A stretch of 64,000 nt of DNA, taken from the NCBI GenBank assembly GCA_003344405.1, contig NOWV01000022.1, positions 434,001 to 498,000 on the forward strand, in the 5' to 3' direction. Each line of letters begins with the position of its first letter. Position 1 is the first letter of the stretch. Shown here one piece after another: positions 54,940-64,000 of this stretch. The notes under the pieces were generated by a model. The model saw nothing but the letters and a program-made list of their open reading frames with translations. It did not search any database and was not told the DNA's origin. The stretch is from Trichoplax sp. H2. Lineage: Eukaryota. Made by a program: the position numbers and the translations under genes.

Positions 54940-57900
54940 TTACGCTTCTGATGTTTCTCCATGCCGACGGTTTCTACAGTTTCTTATCGTTCTGAACCTA
55001 TAAGATATAAGACATGACATATCCGTGATATTAATGAACTGATTTAACAATCAAGAATTGGGAAATAAAACTTAGAATTAGCTAATCGTACATATAATTT
55101 TTCTATGTAAGGGATGCATTGCTTTAATTCATAATGCCTTACCATATTATACACTTGGGGATTAGGTATAATACTGCTATGGGGATGAATACAGTAGATG
55201 GATTGGAATATCGAGAGGCCAGAAAAATACCGTAATAAATAGGAAAGGCAACTATAGCAATAATTATCTCAAGTAGTGCAATAAAGCAAAAAAGAACACC
55301 TATATATAAAGTATATAATAATAACTGTTATACGAAATCACGGAAATGCGATAATTTACTACAGTACTTATTATATCATGATACAAACCTTGATTCTCAT
55401 TTGATACCACGCTAGATAGTTGACCATAGATGCAAGGAAATGTTACGCCGCCAACAGCTCCTACTGCAATAGCTAGAAGTAATATACAACGAGGATGGAA
55501 TATAATCGTAAATTTTTAACCGACTATATTTGATGAATATCAAGTAGTTATTAATTCATGACATAGCTTGCTGTAAAGTGTAAGTAATGTCAAAGGGAAT
55601 CATGATGTTCGATAGTGTAAGAAATGGAGCGCTATTTGAGCAGTATTAATACAGTATAGGTACATAAATGAATTACAATAATCCAAATGACATATCGTAA
55701 ACATACTTCCGTATACTGTGGGATTATGCGTGGCCATGGACAAAATTCCAATTTGAACGGTAAAAAAAGTCATACCAATACCAGCAATTGACATTTCCGA
55801 TAAAATTTTTTTGAAGGCAAGCCAGACGACGATACCACCAATTGCAAAACTTGCAGCACGATAAGTATCATATTCCAGAATTTGATCAAGGTTCCAGCAC
55901 AACGGATAACCGGCGAGGTATATGTTAATTATTTCAGCAAATCCAGTGGTTGGAAACATAGTAAAGAAGAAAATTACTAGCAAGGCATAGTAATACTTTC
56001 TAGAGGCATCCTCTCCCGGTTTGTATATAGTTTTAAAAAATTTGGGAAAGTTACGCCAAAGGTCAGGAATATGATCTTTAGCCCGTTTGATTTCATAATT
56101 CTTCGTAGCAACAACAAGATGTGCTTGTAAAAAGATCACAGTGTATATCACTGCTAATGCCAATAACACGACTGCAAAAATTAAGGGAGGTTTAAAGCCG
56201 TAGTATTTAGCCCATCTTTCCGAAGTGGTTGCAGTTATGGCTTCAGCCACGAAAATGACAAATTGGATAATTACAAAGCGTGTTGTACGGCTAATTTTCA
56301 AATCGATATCCACTACGTACGCGTAACAACTAAATAAGAACGTCGGATAATTTCCAAATAATCCAGAGATTACATTTCCAGGGATAATTGCCGCTGGTGA
56401 TGCTGTGGTTGCGACGGTAAGCACGGATCCAACAGCTTGAAATAGAAATCCGGTTATGCACAATACCAGGAAAATCTTTCTATTTTGATACAGGTCAGAC
56501 CAAACAGAGTAAACAACAGATAATATAAGGCCAGGTAAATAGCTCGATAAGTTAATAATGGAAATCCATATAATCGGCGGCAAGGGTTTGGGAGGAGTTG
56601 ATCCCGTTGGAGATGGAACTTTAGTAGGTGTGTTGTTTAAATGTCGATAGGGTAAGCAACTATTGGCAGGTCGCACAATAGTTTGAAAAACAGATGCATT
56701 TGGAGCAATTCGCAATAGAGGGTAAAAGTATGGATAAGAATCGCTTAGTTCATTTACAGTGCCGATCGAGAAAATGACGAGAAATATGACGATAAGGATA
56801 TTAACGAAAGGATACTTTCGGATTGTTAGGAGTAGATTATACTTGGATTGTTTATAATTGTTGTTATCAGCAGCGGTAACTAAAATAGTTCAGAAAAGAC
56901 GAATGATTAATAGAATTAGAAATTTAAAGGAACTCCTACTGTACCATCAGAGAATATTGAAGCTCATATATAGTACAGTGTTGACTAATTGACAAAAACT
57001 CTAAAAGTGATGTTATTGTACAGTATACGGAAGATACTGTACACATAATATTCCATATTGTCTATTACGATAGATAGTCCCCGCCATTTTGAATCAAAAC
57101 TTTAAAACACTTCCTTTCAGTTGTTCTATAGTAATTGCTTCTACATAATACAGTGCATCTGTCTCGGGCACATGATCGTGCATTATACAATTATACAGTG
57201 GCGATCCTGCTCAAAAAGAAAGTAGGCCAACACACAAATATACCGCAATGCTTTGATAAATAAATACTGGTTATTCGACATAGGGAGAGCACATGATGCT
57301 CACGTTTTAATTATAATTATTTCTATTTGACGTAGCAAAGAACGAAGCTGTTGATACCGTTATTCATTTCATATGATTTCATGATGAGGTAATCCAGTCT
57401 CATAATGTCAAGAGTATCGATGCCGTCTTATCGTCCAATCATCCCACTTTTTGGACACTTTAGATAGAATGGAAGTATTTTATTTACTGCTAGTATCCAC
57501 TTTGATTGTTGCTAAGGAATCAATCAGTTGTAATGACTAATAAAGAAGGCAAGAGTTTATGTTGCAAATGAACTTACTATTATAGTTGTAAGTAAAGTAC
57601 TAACTGTGGCAGAGAAGAACACTACAGTACTACATCACTTTTTAGACACTTTAGACAGAAGGCAAGTATTTTATTTACCACTGGTATCTACTTTGACTGT
57701 TGTTAAGCATGCAATCACTTGTAATGGCTAGTAAAGAAGGGCAAGGGTTTAAGTTACAATTTCAAGTAAAGCACCAAACTGTATACTGCAACTACTGCAA
57801 TACAGAAAAATATGTTGTTTGAGTTATGCACGGTGCTGTAGAAGCATGACTGGCTTGGTGTTACATTAATTCACTACGACGTATACGACGGGGGCTGGTA

Positions 57901-58455
57901 TGGCACTTGTGAAGTCTAAACGAGAATCAATTGACTGTTACAAGTTTAAAGGGGAAATAAACACTAATGGTGTGTAGATCAAACTACGTTTGTCTATATA
58001 TATACAATGCCACCTTTTATTTCCTTTTGACACAAATCTTGCTACATTAAGATTTGCTTGTGGACTCTATTTTCAGAATCGTCATAAAGTGTCAAATTGA
58101 GCTAGTGAAATACTCGAAGGACGAAGTAAGTAGGTATCTGCAAAAGGACTACATGGCCTCATTTTACTGCTGATACAGAAATATGCTTCATGAATCAATG
58201 TACTAATGATCTAACGTAAGTGAAAAATCATTTCAAGCCCTTTCTCATATCCAATTTATCTGCTATCAAAACATTTTCAATTTTAGACTGGTAGTATAGA
58301 TGATCAGGTATCAGGCATAGCATTTTTTCCATTCTTGATGACGAGAACATTGTACACTTACTGTACTGTAGACTGTGTACAGTCGTAGTAGGCCATATTC
58401 AACAAGATACAGTAAGTCATTTACCTGCAGGTAATTCGGTAGCTGTTTCTTCCAT
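54940..58455 (-). CDS. SLC46 (PCFT-like) MFS transporter, paralog 2; in-frame TAA at 55147-55145 gives ~480 aa (500 aa if the tail exon is translated)
   Basis: Exons 58455-58425 (MEETATELPA), 56879-55707, 55472-55389, 55299-55143, 54997-54940. The last three introns match paralog 1 in position and phase; motifs WSDLYQNRK, AYVVDI, SRTTRF and YLAGYPLCWN. Confidence 0.82.
57445..57785. repeat. Intronic direct duplication, 191-bp period, 2 diverged copies
   Basis: CACTTTTT(G/A)GACACTTTAGA(T/C)AGAA...AAGTATTTTATTTAC...TTGTAATG(A/G)CTA(A/G)TAAAGAAGG at 57445 and 57636. Confidence 0.85.
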
Positions 58456-58675
58456 ATTGATCTCTAATGTTTTCTTGCTTCACCTATTAGGTAGAAAGTT
58501 TACTAAAAGTGTAGTCCAATTTGAATAATAATTAATTAATTTCCAACCAATTTTGCTGACAATTTCTTTCGCTAAATCCCTCGTCCAACTACTACAACAG
58601 TAGACATCAGCCACCAGTCCGGAATTAGAGTACTAACCAGCCAAACGCAATTGAGATTCTGGTTGATACAATACC

Positions 58676-58750
58676 TACGGTACGGCGCGATATGGCACGG
58701 AACGGTGCGATACGGAACGATGCGATACGGATCGGTACGATACGGTACGG
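58676..58750. repeat. Degenerate CpG-rich pentamer microsatellite (TACGG/TACGA)x~15
   Basis: TACGG TACGG CGCGA TATGG CACGG AACGG TGCGA TACGG AACGA TGCGA TACGG ATCGG TACGA TACGG TACGG. Confidence 0.85.
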
Positions 58751-59760
58751 TACACTAGAATAGTACTATGACGTACTGTACTTGCTGGTTATACCTTTGA
58801 GCTGGTCATTAATTCATTTCGCTACTGTATACTGTACAGATCATAAGTACAGATTTGATAGAGTTGGAAGAGAAAAGGGGTTGTACAAAAAAACTCTACA
58901 GGATAGATGACCAAGCAAATCACGTGCTTCGACAATGACTCTGGCCTTGTCTAGCTCAGCCCTATACGTGGCGTAGTGAAAGTGAGCATCCTCCATACAG
59001 TACATGCTACAACGTAGCACTGTATCAACCACATCACTACAGTACTGCGTCATGTTCTGGACGCCACAGTACATTACTGTAGGACACTGCACTGTGCACT
59101 CTACGCCTTCCATTGTTTCGACTCCACTCGATTGACTAAGAGACTTTCCATCCAAATAAAGAAATAAATAAATAAATAAATAATAATAAAAGGAAATTCC
59201 CCCAAATACTCGTACAATATACGGGAAGAGTAAATAAATAAGTAAAAGCCATCCTATTTCTTCATTAGATCATCATCAGACGATCTCATCAGCTTGTAAA
59301 TTAGTAACGGCGCACTGCCTCCGACATCGTTGCAACGGACTTCAACGAAACTGCTATCCTACCACTGCATACTTGGCAGCCAACAACAAAGTAGTCAGTG
59401 AAATACAGATTCAAAATAGACGCGATCCTTATTGATTATTGGACTACTTGTTCAAGCAGCAGACGAAATACGGAAAAGTGAATACAGTAATTTGTTATAA
59501 AATAAAGAATGATGCTTAATATTGATCCTCAATAGGAGGAATCAATCCTGGTGATAGCATGCATCTCTCTGACGCCACTCTTGGCTTTGTTGCATTCAAT
59601 GTGCAACTCTTGAATTATTTTATTTTGATTGTATTTTACGTCGTATGCTTAGTGTTGTCTTGCTAGCTATCTATTTCAAGTCATTTTTCACCCTTGTAAA
59701 TAGGTAGAAAACCCGCACCCATCCATTGAACATCTCAAGTCCTGTACAAAAGCTACCAAA

Positions 59761-59800
59761 ATGAATGATTTTGTCGAAGAGGATGAAGTTGAAATTGCAG
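59761..59800 (+). CDS. Probable first coding exon of SLC46 paralog 3 (MNDFVEEDEVEIA/G)
   Basis: ATG...GCAG|GTAAAC phase-1 donor, in frame with acceptor TTTATTCGTAG|GT at 63219; mirrors the first exon of paralog 2. Confidence 0.6.
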
Positions 59801-62800
59801 GTAAACCACTTGATCCATCAATCTTAACATGAATCGACGTATGCGTTTACTTTGATCAATTGTACGATAGAATCGTAACGTGAAGAAAACGTAAAACTCG
59901 TATCGTAGTAAATTGCACGGAAAGATACCAATAAAGGAGAGAATTTTTTGCTAATCAATTTTCCGACTGAATTACATGGACAGGAGACATCTTACAGAAG
60001 TACACGTAACAGTCGTAATAGCTTTACAAGTTTGAGCAATACAATGCGATACTGTCAACGTAAAGCTTATATATTATAATAAGCTAAAAGCAGTTGAGTT
60101 GCAGTATTCTATTTTCTCTGAATTATTCTATCAGTTCCTTGAGTTCGATATTGATGTATGGACTAGTGGGATTTGTCGCAGAAGTACTCACGATAAAATA
60201 AGTCTAGCTAATGATAGTGAATGCATTTGTACAGTACTTTATTATCGAACAGATAATACAGTATGGAATTTGCAGGATCTGTATAGTGCAGTCCCCCCAA
60301 ATAGCTTAAGATTAATAAGATTGGTAATTGAATAGACAAACTAATCTAGGTAATAAAGATTTACAAAATGCTAAAGTTGTTATTATACGTATTATTGTAA
60401 AGATATTTTTGATCACAGTTACCATAAACTCTTATTGATTTGACAAATAAGCAATGATGTGCTAAAAAGAGTCGATGACTGTTCCATATTCACCAAATTG
60501 CTATGGCAGCCATGTGGTAACGTTAATTAGGTTTTATCTTAACGTAAATCATGTATCCATAATTTGCGTTGCAATGACAGTCAATGTCTAGATCGGGTCC
60601 CGTCCCGCTTGGCAAAGAATTGGTGACAATCGACATTCGGGCTTGTAATGACAACGACATTTTACCATGACAGTGTACTGATAGTCATCATCAAGAAATA
60701 ATCGCCTAAGCGATCTGTGAATATTTTCAATTTACAATTTGACGATACCATGTGCTATCGTTTGGTAAATTACGTAAATAGTGTGTTTCGTGATTTCCCT
60801 TGCAATGCCAATGACGATGACATTTATGATTGTACTGTATGTACTGTAACGATTATTAAGAAATAAACGCGTAGGCACGAGATCTGTTAATCGTTTTACA
60901 GCTTGCCATAGTGTTCTGTTCTTACTTCATCATTACTACTACTTATAGTTATTATTGACAGTAGGATGCTAGCGTAATTTACTGACCTCTGATACTACGA
61001 ATATTATACAGTACAGTGGATAATTAATCAATGACCATCAACCACAGCGTTAGTAAGCTGTGCATGTACAGTATAATGTACAGCAATGCAGTCTAAGAAG
61101 CTCTTAATGCGCCGTAGATGGTAGACGTTAATTGTAGATGACATCATAAATCCACTGATGGTCATGGTGGCTTTTATTTCTATGAAATCAAACTAATTTA
61201 TGATGTCATAAATTAAGGTACTAAGTTTAGATACTTTGCCTATTTTTCTCCTCCGATCATATGACTGGCAGTATTGTGTTGGTAGACATACGAGCACGTA
61301 TGCTTCTATTTTTCCCCAGTGGCCAATGATTGCAAATTCACGAAGTGGTTAATACCTTTATTTAATAATAAGTCAATAAATAATAGTAATAAAATATTGC
61401 ATTTCATACCACTACGATTTGCTCCATACAATTTAATAGCCATGTTAACATGCGTATAATGGCGATACGATTATGCTCTAAATCCTAAAATCTCATACGT
61501 TGACTTGCTACTTTTTAGTCAAAGTCAATACGCGTATGCTCGTAGGTACAGTATAGTAAAACATAATCGTGTTTATTGATTAGTTTTGCGTCATGTAGAA
61601 TTGAATCCTAACGTATGGTCCGTAATCAGTCTATGAGATTGATCCAAAACACGTTTTAAGAGTCTTCGTATTGTGGACAAAATTTCATGGGTTATACTGT
61701 AAATACAAATTAGACAACTAGTACTGTAAATATTCTGAATCTAGTTGTCACGAAGGTTTAAAACTTGATTTGTTCTTACGAACGTATCATATGTCGTCCT
61801 AAGCTTATTGATTAAAACATGTAGTACAGTATGCGTAGTAACAGGCTACCGGAATGGAATTACCTACTAATGGTGTATTGAATAAGATGTTTCACTTTTT
61901 AACGTATTTTTTATTCGTCAATATACAATATGTAATAAGTATTGTAATTAATAATATTGCTTCTCCCTCAGCTTTGATTGTTCAACTGCATTAATGAAGT
62001 ACTTAATACAAAAAATACATGAAATTGAAGTGATAGATTGATTGATACGATCAAAAATTGGGGGCAAACTGCTTTACAATGATTGTAGCTATGAATAGCA
62101 ACAGTTTACAGCTATAACAAAGTGCTAACATGGACACAGAGGTCTATGGTATAGGTACAAGCAAGCATGGGCTACTGCAATCTCCTGTTATTATCCATCT
62201 TGATTCTGTACAATTTAGAAAAATAGACAATATAAGAAAGGGAGTGATACAAATGCCAACTGAGCTAATATGCCTTGGTATTTGCGTGCATATGCATACA
62301 CATTCTACAGTGCACAATGCTTTAATTCGTAAAGAAATGCCTAGTATAAAAAATAATAACATAGAATATTACAACGTAGACTGTATAGTATATTAATGGT
62401 AATAGCTAGTCGCACACCATAAGGTACTTAAAACAGAACTCAAGTAATTATATATAATTGAATATATTATTTTTCTCTACGTCAATTTCTACAAATTTAC
62501 GAGCTCACTACCGCAAGTGCTACCAACTATCACAACCATTGAAACTCTATAACTTCGTGGGAAAGATTGCTCGTGGCGAATTAGATAAAGCTATATTACA
62601 CTTTGATTGAAGTGATTCTACTTTTGGCTACCTTTTTTAATACTCATTTTTTACGGTCTAAAGCAAAATACTTCAATCAAAATTTTACAGCACTACAATT
62701 TTGCTAATAGATAAAGTGCTGTACGAGTATATGTATCTATTATATAGTTACTGCTAAGGATTATTACAGAGTGTTTAATTTTAAATTTATAAACTAACTT

Positions 62801-63166
62801 CAATCTTGCTAATTGCGCAAATCTGCTTAATTTTAGACTGTAAAATTTAGATTTTAAATTGTCGGACCTACTTATTAACTATAGACAGTTTGTATAGCTG
62901 TAGTGAATAACAGTTACAAGAGTCGTCTAGGTCAATTAGTTCAAAAAAGCTTGAAAGCTTTTAGTGTCTATCTACACGTATTGCATCTCTTTTTTCAGTT
63001 TGAAGGCTAAAGCTTCTTGATGCTATAGGTGATACTAGTTTGTATCTAGACGGATTAATTATAATAGCTAATATTGTTTTTACAATCGTACGGTAGTTAT
63101 AGGAATACGGTTTTAGTTATCTAAAATTAGCATAAATCGTTTCTTACTTGAAATTAATCAATTAGC

Positions 63167-64000
63167 ATGGATGAGACGGCTAAACCAGTAAGTGAAGAAT
63201 TGGATGATTTATTCGTAGGTAGTGGCAATACCAAATCCAGGTTTTCCATTCCTATACTACGTCGCTACGTTTCACATATTGAAGTCGTAATATTCCTAGT
63301 ATTTCTCGGCTACGGAATAGGCAACGAATTGTCTACCTCTTATCCAATTTTTTACAATACTTTAAAAAACTCACCAAATGCTTCGATATTTACTGGTCGC
63401 AATTCCAGCTATTGCATCCCCTATGGCCTATTACCTAAACCCAATATCACGAACAAACCGTCTTCGCAGCATCATGAGCTATCACCAGTTGTTTGGATCG
63501 CTATTGTTAATTCAGTATACATTCTTCCGTCTGCTTTCTTCTCCATAATTTACTCTGTTTGGTCTGATCAGTACCGGAGTCGAAGGACCTTCTTAATAAT
63601 GTCCATGACCGGTATTTTTATACAAATCATCGGTTATATCATTACTATCGCAACAATTTCGTCCCCAGCCGGCTTTATCGTTGGTAATGTGATGTCTGGA
63701 ATATTTGGCGGCTATCCCACATTCATATTTTGCTGCTACGCTTACGTGGTAGATCTTAATAGCCAAAGTTCTCGTACATCTCGTTTCGTTTATATTCAGC
63801 TAGCTCAGCTACTCACTCAAGGCATCGCTACAATTGTAGGTGAGCAATGGGCAAAATACTACGGTTTTATTCCTCCTCTCGCACTATCTGCTGTAGTTGT
63901 AGCTTTAGCTATCTTCTACGTTTGGTATTTGTTGGAAGCGCCAAATGTCAAAGCCAGCATTTATGACATGAAACGGACAAGAGAATACGCCGCCGATATT
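63167..64000 (+). CDS. SLC46 (PCFT-like) MFS transporter, paralog 3, truncated by the window end
   Basis: Open frame from ATG 63167 (MDETAKP...) to 64000; WSDQYRSRR, YPTFIFCCYAYVVD, SRTSRF and WAKYYGFIPPL closely match paralog 2. Confidence 0.88.
   Translation, partial: MDETAKPVSEELDDLFVGSGNTKSRFSIPILRRYVSHIEVVIFLVFLGYGIGNELSTSYPIFYNTLKNSPNASIFTGRNSSYCIPYGLLPKPNITNKPSSQHHELSPVVWIAIVNSVYILPSAFFSIIYSVWSDQYRSRRTFLIMSMTGIFIQIIGYIITIATISSPAGFIVGNVMSGIFGGYPTFIFCCYAYVVDLNSQSSRTSRFVYIQLAQLLTQGIATIVGEQWAKYYGFIPPLALSAVVVALAIFYVWYLLEAPNVKASIYDMKRTREYAADI

Noticed and set aside
4929..55147. Alternative genetic code (TAA/TAG reassigned) suggested by two internal stops
   Set aside because: All other complete genes terminate normally with TAA/TAG and their long exons contain no internal stops.
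58421..58434. Perfect 14-bp palindrome TTACCTGCAGGTAA giving a splice donor on both strands
   Set aside because: Explained by the minus-strand donor plus codons; no plus-strand exon partner found.
58841..59155. 104-aa minus-strand ORF
   Set aside because: Non-ATG start, lies in the repeat-rich bidirectional promoter, no recognisable domain.
63188..63218. GTAAGT...CGTAG 31-nt mini-intron in SLC46-3
   Set aside because: Much shorter than the other introns here, and removal would frameshift the ORF from ATG 63167.

Overview
AT-rich eukaryotic (animal) genomic DNA with compact GT-AG introns; gene content and composition resemble an early-branching metazoan such as a placozoan (inference, not verified). 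I reconstructed nine spliced protein-coding genes by hand: three OATP/SLCO transporters (a tandem + strand pair and a convergent - strand paralog), a Caspr/neurexin-IV-like adhesion receptor with a remote signal-peptide exon and no discoidin domain, a GT31 beta-1,3-glycosyltransferase divergent from an Enigma-class PDZ+3xLIM gene, and three SLC46/PCFT-like MFS transporters (two head-to-head, the last truncated by the window end). Most notable: both transporter clusters have lost canonical charged residues; two paralogs carry in-frame stops ahead of still-intact tail sequence; a small MITE-like family has shared TIRs and 5-bp target duplications; a 204-bp tandem array contains a hairpin; and divergent promoters are repeat-rich. 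No RNA genes, CRISPR arrays or autonomous transposons were supported.
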